Shown in pieces: positions 1-7,414 of a stretch of DNA of 35,678 nucleotides. The translations under genes were made by a program, and so were the position numbers. The stretch is from a virus (Duplodnaviria; Caudoviricetes). Position 1 is the stretch's first letter. Each line of letters starts with the position of its first letter. The stretch covers positions 1 through 35,678 of the IMG/VR virus record IMGVR_UViG_3300040985_001053, one strand, 5' to 3'. The notes below the pieces were generated by a model. It saw only the letters and a list, made by a program, of their open reading frames with translations. It was not told where the DNA came from and made no database searches.

Positions 1-1026
1 GACAGACTCCCATGCCTCGAACGGTTGCTTCTTAGAACCCTTCCATGCCTGAGTGACATAAATTGACGCTGAATCTGGGTCGATAGCCAACTGAACATGA
101 GCCTGTGGGTGATCCCAGCCAAAATCCATGCCGTTAATCAGAAAGAAGTGATCAGGTATATTAAATCGTGGACAGCTTATTGAATCTTGGGAGTGTTCAA
201 AGATCAAGCCAGCACCCATCAGTGGAACACCTCTGGACCTCATAGCACGTTGATAAGGAGGATAAGCTGCGAGTATCTGCTCTTTGGTGGTTTCGTTAAG
301 GTGAGGCGCGTCATCCCAGGTAGCGGTCTGCATATACTGTCCGTCTTGCGGGTCATCCATGAAGCCTTCTACTAGCTCCGTTTTCCCGTTTTCTGGTGTC
401 AGGGTGAGCATCCCGCGCCCCCCTCTGCCTTTGTCACCGTTGAGTGTGCGTGTCATTACCTGCGGATAGATGGCTTGGTCGCGAGGTTCCTCGTCCACAT
501 GGAACCAGTCAAGTCCAGAGTCGCCCATCAAGGCGTGTTGGCCCTGGGAATAGCTCCAGAATTGACAAGCAGAGATGCCGTTCTTGTGTCTAACCCTGAC
601 CTCTCTGCAAGCGCCAGAGGTTCCGGTCATGGCCTTGTAGTCTATGATCCTATCAGGAGGGATGATCCCTCCCGCAAAACCGCCGTCTTTGAGTCTGCCG
701 AATAATTTTGTTTGGAGTAGATCGCGAGTCTTCTCGCCAGAGTATCCCAAAAGCCACATAAACGGGGCGTGGTCAAACTCATGGCCTTCCCAATCGTCTG
801 GGTAATCACCAGTGAGGTGCATCGCATCGATGATTACACCTGTCCTAGACTTGCCGACCTGGTTAGCCGCCATGAGTAGGCAAGCTCTATTGTCTTTAGT
901 CGCAGCATTGAACCTGTGCTGCCAATCGTATAGGGAGTCATACATCTTAGAGAGCCTGTGCTTGTTCTCTGTCTCGATGCCAGCCTCTAGTGACTTGATG
1001 TATCTTATTTGTTCAGACTGATTCAT
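1..1026 (-). CDS. terL: Terminase large subunit, P22 gp2-like (3' end runs off the window)
   Basis: Not in the ORF track. Manual translation from ATG at 1026 is open to base 1: MNQSEQIRYIK..., Walker A-like LMAANQVGKS, Walker B WFHVDEEP, coupling motif LTLTPENG, nuclease motif GMDFGWDHP. Lies directly downstream of TerS. Confidence 0.95.
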   Translation of the reverse strand, partial: MNQSEQIRYIKSLEAGIETENKHRLSKMYDSLYDWQHRFNAATKDNRACLLMAANQVGKSRTGVIIDAMHLTGDYPDDWEGHEFDHAPFMWLLGYSGEKTRDLLQTKLFGRLKDGGFAGGIIPPDRIIDYKAMTGTSGACREVRVRHKNGISACQFWSYSQGQHALMGDSGLDWFHVDEEPRDQAIYPQVMTRTLNGDKGRGGRGMLTLTPENGKTELVEGFMDDPQDGQYMQTATWDDAPHLNETTKEQILAAYPPYQRAMRSRGVPLMGAGLIFEHSQDSISCPRFNIPDHFFLINGMDFGWDHPQAHVQLAIDPDSASIYVTQAWKGSKKQPFEAWESV

Positions 1027-1115
1027 AACAATTGGTTATCTATATAACCCCGCGATTCTGAGCATTTTAAACGAAGGAATGCGGCCTGTAGCCACGATTC
1101 ATCACCCTGTTATGG

Positions 1116-1538
1116 TCATTCTTCCTTAGATTTGGCGTATTCCTGCTCTTTCTCAGCGATTATCCTAGCAAGTTCATCAGGTGTCTTATTGCTGTAATCA
1201 TTAACATCAACCTTAGATTCGGTCTTATCGGTATAGCCATGTTTGGTAAGCATTAGCTTTGTAATGACTGAATTGGTATCCCCTGCAAGCCCCTTGTTTG
1301 TTAGCTCAAAGAGCTGTGCGGCCTTGATTTCACTAAAGATGTCCGGAAATTGAGTGTCTGTATTTTCAGACCATTCGTAAAGTGTTGATCTTGCTATGTT
1401 TAATACACGGCACAAACCTACAATGCTGGGGACTACATGATTATGGGATGCGTAATTCGTTTTATCGTCTAATCCGATATATGTCCATGCGAGTTCTGTT
1501 GTCTCTGAAGTGCAGTCTGTGGGTCTACCTGCTGGCAT
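1116..1538 (-). CDS. terS: Terminase small subunit (P22 gp3-like DNA-packaging protein)
   Basis: N-terminal MPAGRPT, HTH-like PSIVGLCRVLNIARSTLYEW, C-terminal KLMLTKHGYTDK; immediately upstream of TerL. Confidence 0.88.
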   Translation of the reverse strand: MPAGRPTDCTSETTELAWTYIGLDDKTNYASHNHVVPSIVGLCRVLNIARSTLYEWSENTDTQFPDIFSEIKAAQLFELTNKGLAGDTNSVITKLMLTKHGYTDKTESKVDVNDYSNKTPDELARIIAEKEQEYAKSKEE

Positions 1539-1541
1539 TGT

Positions 1542-1688
1542 CTATACCTCGTTATCTTTAAATTCTGAGAGGAGCTGCTCCTCTAGTTCTTTGAGTTTGT
1601 TGTTCATTACTCTTATTGCTCCGAGTCTTTCTATGATGCTTATCTGTGCATCAGTTAGAGAGTCTAGGATTTGGTCTAAGTCTTCCAT
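1542..1688 (-). CDS. Small coiled-coil hypothetical protein (48 aa)
   Basis: Manual translation MEDLDQILDSLTDAQISIIERLGAIRVMNNKLKELEEQLLSEFKDNEV*. TAATG overlap with the upstream ORF; fills the gap before terS. Confidence 0.6.
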   Translation of the reverse strand: MEDLDQILDSLTDAQISIIERLGAIRVMNNKLKELEEQLLSEFKDNEV

Positions 1689-1954
1689 TAAGGAGTGATA
1701 GCCCTTTCTAGCAGTGCAACCTTCAGGTTTAAATCATTATACATCTGTAACAGTTCATCATGCTTTAGGTCTTGTGCTACATCTGCTGTTCTGAATTCTT
1801 CCTGTACTTCTGCGTCTTGGGAGCCTTCTGAAGACTCTGAGTAGATGTTAAACCCACCAGCACCGAAAACAATAGCGAATAGGGTAGTTATGGCAGGGTT
1901 AGCCTTTACTGATTCAGCTATCTCATTCACTTGGGGCATCCTTGCTCTTTTCAT
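1688..1954 (-). CDS. Membrane-anchored coiled-coil protein in the lysis cluster (start may be 1939)
   Basis: Hydrophobic stretch AITTLFAIVFGAGGF and C-terminal heptads; position next to a lipoprotein gene. Confidence 0.55.
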   Translation of the reverse strand: MKRARMPQVNEIAESVKANPAITTLFAIVFGAGGFNIYSESSEGSQDAEVQEEFRTADVAQDLKHDELLQMYNDLNLKVALLERAITP

Positions 1955-2138
1955 AGTCTATATGAATCTTAGTGCTGAAGAATGGCACAGTTCCCACGTT
2001 AATATCTCCTGTTGCCTTGATATGCCCGTATTCACTAGCTTCAAATTCAAGCGTTTCTAGCAGGGTCTTAGCGTCTGTATCTGTTTGAGCACAACCAGTT
2101 AATAGGATAGCTGAGATTGTCAATAGCATTCTACTCAT
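1923..2138 (-). CDS. Small lipoprotein (possible o-spanin-like lysis accessory)
   Basis: Signal peptide with lipobox MSRMLLTISAILLTG-C. Confidence 0.7.
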   Translation of the reverse strand: MSRMLLTISAILLTGCAQTDTDAKTLLETLEFEASEYGHIKATGDINVGTVPFFSTKIHIDYEKSKDAPSE

Positions 2139-2550
2139 CGTATTTTGCCCCTCTCTTAAATCTGTATTTAATCCTTTGAAACAAGGTTACCCCACTGTAC
2201 ATAATTCGGGCCTTGCCCCATCTGACCTCATCGACCTTTAAGCCCTCTAAAAATAAATCATCCGTTTCTTTCTGGTTAACCTTATTAGCGTACTTGCCCT
2301 CTTTGGTGCAATGAAAATCATGAAGAATTGCTGATCTTAGGTTATTACCTAGAACCTGGCAGAATGATTGGGCTATTCTCGGAATACTCGCTAGGTCGGT
2401 AGTAATTCCGGCAGGAGCGGTAAAGAATTTCTTATTCTCGGCTGAATAGAATATTAAATCCTCAAGTAATTCAAAATTCTTTCCGCCAACATGCTCAAGT
2501 CTAGCCTTGTTCTGGAATCCTGCCTTCTTGAGAAATGGTTTATCTTTCAC
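2131..2550 (-). CDS. DUF1353-family protein
   Basis: Motifs APAGITTDLASIPR, SAILHDF, ETDDLFLEGL, MYSGV resemble DUF1353, common in phage lysis regions. Confidence 0.8.
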   Translation of the reverse strand: MKDKPFLKKAGFQNKARLEHVGGKNFELLEDLIFYSAENKKFFTAPAGITTDLASIPRIAQSFCQVLGNNLRSAILHDFHCTKEGKYANKVNQKETDDLFLEGLKVDEVRWGKARIMYSGVTLFQRIKYRFKRGAKYDE

Positions 2551-2971
2551 TTATCACCCACTTTACATCCTCACCGTTATCGAGAGCGTTTCTAACCATG
2601 TTGGTCAGCTCACCCTCTAGGCTGTTTTTTATCGTTCCTGAGTTGTCTGTCCACTGAGCGACCATGATGCACCCAGCCGTGTGAGAGATATTGTTACCGC
2701 CGTGACAGCGAATTCCTGTGAACCTTACACCATGCCGCCTGATAGAGTGATCGTCATGGATGTTAAATATTATTATCATCTCCCTCTTGAATGAGGGGGA
2801 GTGGGTTATTGATACTTGGTAAGTTCCCTCCGGTATTGCAGTCTCTTCAGGAACTTTAACACCGTGAGGCCTACCGCAATCCTCAAGAGAATAGCCAAAC
2901 TTCTCGCCATTGACGTAAACCACGCCATCAGTGTGTGTCTTTTCATAAGTTCTTATTGAGTTAATTATCAT
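2540..2971 (-). CDS. DUF5675-family protein (candidate cell-wall enzyme)
   Basis: T.G...NG...YSLED, ETAIPEGTYQV, SPSF, RFTGIRCHGGN, HTAGCI (His...Cys pair as in L,D-transpeptidase-like folds). Confidence 0.8.
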   Translation of the reverse strand: MIINSIRTYEKTHTDGVVYVNGEKFGYSLEDCGRPHGVKVPEETAIPEGTYQVSITHSPSFKREMIIIFNIHDDHSIRRHGVRFTGIRCHGGNNISHTAGCIMVAQWTDNSGTIKNSLEGELTNMVRNALDNGEDVKWVISER

Positions 2972-2983
2972 TTGAGTACCTGA

Positions 2984-3277
2984 TTAGGCTGATAATAATA
3001 CTGCCGCCGCCGCTATAATCATTGATGCCACTGGGATTAGCCATGACTTTATCGCTCTTCCTGCTCCATCCCTTCGCATATAATCTGCTGTTAAGGGTTC
3101 TAGGTCTGTTTTTAGACCTTCAATCTCATGGAGTATTGTCGCGTTTCCTGTTGCTACGCTATGGGACACTTCACGCACTTCAGCCTCAATTACAGACAAT
3201 CTAGTATCGTGGTTAGCCAGTTGAGAGCCATACTTGTCCATTTTAGCCCACATTGTTGCATTGGTTTCGTCTACCAT
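2984..3277 (-). CDS. Holin-like / XhlA-like protein with C-terminal transmembrane helix
   Basis: Coiled coil (HDTRLSVIEAEV) followed by hydrophobic C-terminus WLIPVASMIIAAAAVLLSA; first gene of the lysis cluster. Confidence 0.55.
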   Translation of the reverse strand: MVDETNATMWAKMDKYGSQLANHDTRLSVIEAEVREVSHSVATGNATILHEIEGLKTDLEPLTADYMRRDGAGRAIKSWLIPVASMIIAAAAVLLSA

Positions 3278-3377
3278 TGTAATCCTTTGGCCCCGTTCTA
3301 CCTACAGACAATAATCGCAATGCTGGCTGCTCAGTTATGGAAGCCCACAATAGTCAGTAGCTATTATCGCAAATATT

Positions 3378-3968
3378 CTATGGTTTCTCCAATTCTTTGA
3401 TCTTATTCTTGTAATAACCCTCTATCTCTAGGTAATCCTGAGCAGTTCGCTTCATTGTCCCGCCCTTCATAGACTTCAATTCCTCTACTGCCTCATCACC
3501 TATCTTCGCCCTTAAATTCGCCTCGTAGTCACCAGAATCGCCGCCCTTGAAGTAATTACAATCTACCCGTTGCGCGTTTATATTCCTAGAATCGTACCTA
3601 GTTTTGGGATTATTGGCCGACTCTAACCAATGTCCGGCGTGATAGTTCTCGCCTAGTGGCCTATTACAGCATATACAAGGCTCGTTCTTGTCCCTCTCCC
3701 TGATATAAGCATGACAGGCGTTTTTAGCTGCTGGCTTTCTAACTTTCAAATCGTTCTGCTGGAATTCTCTCTTTTGCTTTGCGTGTTGTCGCTTCTCGGC
3801 CTTCTTAGCCTTGATCTGGGAGCGTTCTCTCGACTTGGCATCCTTATCCCACTTTTTCCTTACTATCGCTACAGCGCAATCTGGTGAGCAATGCGCTATG
3901 GTTTCAGGTTCATCTTCCTTTGGACGGAAATATTCTCGACATCCTTTGCAGAGTTTCTTTCTTCTCAC
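3378..3968 (-). CDS. ninG: NinG/Rap-family recombination endonuclease
   Basis: CKGC...HCSPDC N-terminal zinc motif, YIRERD...PCICC, HAGHW, RYDSRNINAQ..CN, YEANLRAKIG. Confidence 0.9.
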   Translation of the reverse strand: MRRKKLCKGCREYFRPKEDEPETIAHCSPDCAVAIVRKKWDKDAKSRERSQIKAKKAEKRQHAKQKREFQQNDLKVRKPAAKNACHAYIRERDKNEPCICCNRPLGENYHAGHWLESANNPKTRYDSRNINAQRVDCNYFKGGDSGDYEANLRAKIGDEAVEELKSMKGGTMKRTAQDYLEIEGYYKNKIKELEKP

Positions 3969-4138
3969 CTAAGCACCAATTCTATCAATCCCCATTCTCC
4001 AGCCTTAACCATCTCATCAGAGATAACTACCCTTCTTCCTTCCTTGATAGATGATACTGATGAGGTGGTTATTCTCTCTTGTCTCAAGGTTATCTCACCG
4101 TCAATTTCACTTTCGCCTGTTACTGTGATGGTTTTCAT
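3965..4138 (-). CDS. Hypothetical protein (probable start ATG 4138)
   Basis: ATGA overlap with the cmoA-like stop at 4135-4137 and GTGA overlap with the ninG start. Confidence 0.55.
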   Translation of the reverse strand: MKTITVTGESEIDGEITLRQERITTSSVSSIKEGRRVVISDEMVKAGEWGLIELVLR

Positions 4139-4788
4139 GTTGGCTCCGTAATAATCCACGCCGCAAAATTGTAGCTCTGCCATATTCTAGTTGAAGACCC
4201 TATAGCCATGTACTGTGACTGGGCAGCTTCCTCGCTCTCGCAATACATAGAGCCAAACAAAGCCTCATCTTTATCTAAAATCTCACCATCCTCAAAAGAT
4301 AGTCTTTTTTTCATCATATGCTTCCGGTGGAATACCCCATTAATCAGCGCATCACCCATATAGAGCTTTTCAGCCAATATCAGGACTGCCCCCCCTTTAA
4401 TTAGCCTCTCCAATTCCGCTAAAACCAATCCTCTTTTTTTCCTTCCAAGAAACTGAAGAACAAATAAACAAATTATTACATCAGCCTCTTTTAGTCCTCG
4501 CAAATACTCCAAAGCATCAGACTCCACAAAAACAAAATCTTTATCTCCTTTGAATTCAAGCTCATCCACTCCAATATATTCCCCCTCGGTCATTGGAGAA
4601 AGATCATTAAGCAGCGAGCCTGTAGAGCAGCCCACATCAACACACAGACCCATTGGAGGCATAAGCTCTAGGAAAAACGCCTTAACAATATCTATAAGCC
4701 CCTCGTAATTAGGGATTGACATAGAGATATGTTTATCAAAATCCTCCACATGAGAAAAATTAAATCTTTTATGCTCTGTCATAATCAA
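4135..4788 (-). CDS. cmoA: CmoA-like (carboxy-SAM synthase family) class I SAM-binding protein
   Basis: FNF...FDKHISMSIPNY, VDVGCSTG, LFVLQFL, GAVLILAEK, KR..F...EILDK, WQSYNF align with E. coli CmoA motifs (FDERVA..FPDMIQRSVPGY, DLGCSLG, NFTLQFL, GGALVLSEK, WFQCFNF; recalled from memory). Confidence 0.82.
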   Translation of the reverse strand: MIMTEHKRFNFSHVEDFDKHISMSIPNYEGLIDIVKAFFLELMPPMGLCVDVGCSTGSLLNDLSPMTEGEYIGVDELEFKGDKDFVFVESDALEYLRGLKEADVIICLFVLQFLGRKKRGLVLAELERLIKGGAVLILAEKLYMGDALINGVFHRKHMMKKRLSFEDGEILDKDEALFGSMYCESEEAAQSQYMAIGSSTRIWQSYNFAAWIITEPT

Positions 4789-5671
4789 TCACCCTCTCTC
4801 CAATGTGAGTAACCACGCCAGCCGTCATCCCGTTACAGGCAAATAAATCCTTATCACTTCCTCCAAGATCATCCATCCAGTCAGCAGGAAACCCCTGAAA
4901 TAGCATCCTCTCTCTAGGCGTAACTCTTCTCAAATACCCATTTTCCATGACAATATCCGTAAATGACTTGTAATCTCTTTTGGCTAACGTGCTGCTTAAT
5001 CCTATTTCAGCAAATTCATCAGACCTTTGGCGAGTAAAGAAGGCAAAGGAATCCCGCTCTCCATCTCTCTTCTCAATATCCCTTTTGCGGAGTTTTTCGT
5101 TATCCTCCACTTTTCTTCTGCATTCTTGATAACTGCGGATATTGGCTTGGAATATATCGGATTCGGGGGTGATTCCATCTCTGACAGCGAGAATATAAAC
5201 TCTGCGCCTTCGCTGCGGGACACCGAAGTGTCTTGAGTCGTAGACCGTCCAAGTCGCATCGTACCCGATCTCGGCCAATCCTCCGAGTATGACTGATAGT
5301 CCCCGTCCAAGCAGAGCTGACACGTTTTCCACGATTGCGTATCTGGGCTGAAGTTCATTGATAATTCTTTTGTACTCAAACCATAATCCGCTTTTTTCTC
5401 CAGTAATCCCCTTTCCTTTTCCAGAAATGGAGATGTCTTGGCAGGGGAATCCTCCGGTAATGACGTTTGGAATAATTCCGTCTGTTCTAAGTTGTTTTGC
5501 TGTGAGTTCTCTAACGTCTTCATATATCGGCACTCCAGGCCAGTGTTTGCTTAATACTTTCTGGGGGAACTTCTCAATTTCGCAAAAGGCTACAGTCTCA
5601 AAGCCTCCTGTCCTCTCTAGCCCTAAGCTAAAGCCTCCAATTCCGCTAAAAAGATCAAGAACCTTATACAT
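4769..5671 (-). CDS. DNA (cytosine-5) methyltransferase, catalytic (alpha) polypeptide
   Basis: Motif I LDLFSGIGGF, motif IV GGFPCQDIS, motif VI ENV, motif VIII PQRRRRVY, C-terminal RRVTPRE..FQGFP; motif X is atypical (DLFACNGMT). Confidence 0.95.
   Translation of the reverse strand: MYKVLDLFSGIGGFSLGLERTGGFETVAFCEIEKFPQKVLSKHWPGVPIYEDVRELTAKQLRTDGIIPNVITGGFPCQDISISGKGKGITGEKSGLWFEYKRIINELQPRYAIVENVSALLGRGLSVILGGLAEIGYDATWTVYDSRHFGVPQRRRRVYILAVRDGITPESDIFQANIRSYQECRRKVEDNEKLRKRDIEKRDGERDSFAFFTRQRSDEFAEIGLSSTLAKRDYKSFTDIVMENGYLRRVTPRERMLFQGFPADWMDDLGGSDKDLFACNGMTAGVVTHIGERVIDYDRA
5002..5523 (-). CDS. Overprinted methyltransferase beta polypeptide (M.EcoHK31I-beta-like), nested in the +1 frame
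   Basis: 173-codon open frame wholly inside the MTase gene; GGAG at 5533-5536 lies 9 nt before the ATG; contains WPRSGTM and SAKGILRR...LP..L motifs; size and geometry match the M.EcoHK31I alpha/beta arrangement. Confidence 0.7.
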   Translation of the reverse strand: MKTLENSQQNNLEQTELFQTSLPEDSPAKTSPFLEKERGLLEKKADYGLSTKELSMNFSPDTQSWKTCQLCLDGDYQSYSEDWPRSGTMRLGRSTTQDTSVSRSEGAEFIFSLSEMESPPNPIYSKPISAVIKNAEEKWRITKNSAKGILRREMESGIPLPSLLAKGLMNLLK

Positions 5672-6098
5672 CTCTCAAGTCCTCTCGCTCATGTGAGGGC
5701 CACGGTGGAGGGACGATTTCAAAGTTCTCAGCCAATATCCTACAGGCTGTCTGATACAGAATATCAGGGTCTTTAGTGTCCATCTCTGTGGTTGATTGCT
5801 TTCCGGTCATATGTTCCATGATTGGCTTCCAGAATCTTTCTTTTAATGATTTTTGAGTTACTGGTATCTCGGCCTTTCCGTTTAGCTGCTCAAGAAATAG
5901 AACCATATCAATTCCAGCGTTATTAAGGATTACAGCGACCTGGGATAGCCAGAGATGGAGGGATGAGTTCTGGGGCTTTGATCGCTTTCTAGCAACGTCC
6001 TCAAGCTCAACATCGACAGCAAACTCTCTTTGTGCCACATATTCTAGGGCCGACCGATCTGCGGGTCTCAGGCTTCCGTTTCGGATAATAAATTTCAA
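5664..6098 (-). CDS. ninB: NinB/Orf-like recombination protein
   Basis: KRSKPQNSSLHLW motif, STTEMD and PPPWP C-terminus; nin-region position. Confidence 0.7.
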   Translation of the reverse strand: MKFIIRNGSLRPADRSALEYVAQREFAVDVELEDVARKRSKPQNSSLHLWLSQVAVILNNAGIDMVLFLEQLNGKAEIPVTQKSLKERFWKPIMEHMTGKQSTTEMDTKDPDILYQTACRILAENFEIVPPPWPSHEREDLRDV

Positions 6099-6138
6099 TG
6101 TAGTTCACCACCGCAGGAATTAACAATCGGCCTATACA

Positions 6139-6468
6139 TCATTCGCTGCTCTCCGCTTTCTTGATTGCTGATCCGAGTTCGTCAATCTGCTCTTGCGTTG
6201 CCATGTGGCTACATTCATCTAGGCACTCTAGGCAGAACATAGCGAATTCACGGCTAATCCTTACTTCATTGCTCTGGGAGTTGATCTGTTCTCTCAGCTC
6301 CTTGTTCTCAGCTTGCAGGGTTTCTATCGCTGCTTCTAAGACAACCCTTTCTACCGCTTTGTCCTTTGGCATTCTGTGGCTTCTCATGTTTTTATTCCCA
6401 TCATTAGTTTTAACATCAAGATCATTAACAAAATCACTTAGTAATTTATCAATATGTTCTAGCATCAT
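6139..6468 (-). CDS. Hypothetical coiled-coil protein
   Basis: ORF overlapping the helicase end; heptads AIETLQAENKELREQ. Confidence 0.6.
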   Translation of the reverse strand: MMLEHIDKLLSDFVNDLDVKTNDGNKNMRSHRMPKDKAVERVVLEAAIETLQAENKELREQINSQSNEVRISREFAMFCLECLDECSHMATQEQIDELGSAIKKAESSE

Positions 6469-7414
6469 CTTCCCCCAGATACGTTAGAGGTAGCGGAATA
6501 GGATTTCCTCCACTATCACCAAGAAATGCACCAGTTTTTGAGTGGAACCATAAGCTAATAGCCCCCTCCCACTCGCCATGCCGCTGCTTTTCACATAGCA
6601 GCAAATTGTCAGGAGTTTCATCAATTAGGTCTTGATCAAAATCATCGCCACGTTTTTTCTTTTCCAGCTCCTCAAATCTCTTGATGTTCTTCCAGACTAT
6701 AAAACAGTTATCAACCATATCCGTTAGCGAGCCACTCCCCTTAATGTCAAACTTGGTAGGCTTGTAGTATTTATTACCGCCTTGGGGCTTTCTAACGTGA
6801 TGAACCAGATGAATATGGCAGCCCAGATGTTTTGCCGAAAACTGGAGTCGATTTATAAACTCCGACTCAGCATCAATATCGTTTTTAATACCACACTTTG
6901 AAAGGCTATCTATCACGATATGCTTGCACTTTAAAACCGAACCACAATAATTCACAAATCCCAATATCTTTTCCGTTGGAACCATGTCCAACTGGTCGTA
7001 AATCAAAACATTATCATCGAGATAATCATTACAGTCCGAAACGTATTGATCTGGAATATCGCCTGAATTGCTGCCAGAGGCTTGTCTTATCATCCTGTAC
7101 AACGTCTGGGCAGGTGTCATCTCCATCGAAGCAATAGCTATTCGTGAGTGTCTAGCGAGATGAAGCATGATGTTGCCAGTCATCAGAGATTTCATGTGTC
7201 CATTGATTCCAGCCCATATTGATAACTCACCTGGTCGCAACCTAACAACCTCGTGCGTCTTAGACCACGGAAGTCTATGCCCCTTGAGTTTAGTGCCTGA
7301 GTTGAGCGCAACAACCTCATTAGACCAATACTTAGGAGAATGAATCTCCTGTGCCTCAAGCTCGCCAACAAGTGAGATGTAATCGTTAAAATCAATGCCT
7401 TCGGGAATTATCAT
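6449..7414 (-). CDS. DnaB-like (SF4) replicative helicase
   Basis: LRPGELSIWAGINGHMKS (variant Walker A), ASMEM, HIVIDSL (Walker B), HLVHHVRK, DIKGSGSLTDMVDN, KQRHG (Arg finger). Confidence 0.9.
   Translation of the reverse strand: MIIPEGIDFNDYISLVGELEAQEIHSPKYWSNEVVALNSGTKLKGHRLPWSKTHEVVRLRPGELSIWAGINGHMKSLMTGNIMLHLARHSRIAIASMEMTPAQTLYRMIRQASGSNSGDIPDQYVSDCNDYLDDNVLIYDQLDMVPTEKILGFVNYCGSVLKCKHIVIDSLSKCGIKNDIDAESEFINRLQFSAKHLGCHIHLVHHVRKPQGGNKYYKPTKFDIKGSGSLTDMVDNCFIVWKNIKRFEELEKKKRGDDFDQDLIDETPDNLLLCEKQRHGEWEGAISLWFHSKTGAFLGDSGGNPIPLPLTYLGEDDARTY

Noticed and set aside
187-1021. Short ORFs listed in the track at the window start
   Set aside because: They are shadows of the terL frame (1..1026, minus), which the track missed because it lacks a stop in the window.
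4769-5671. Restriction-modification system
   Set aside because: No restriction endonuclease adjoins the MTase; its neighbours are NinB-like and CmoA-like genes.
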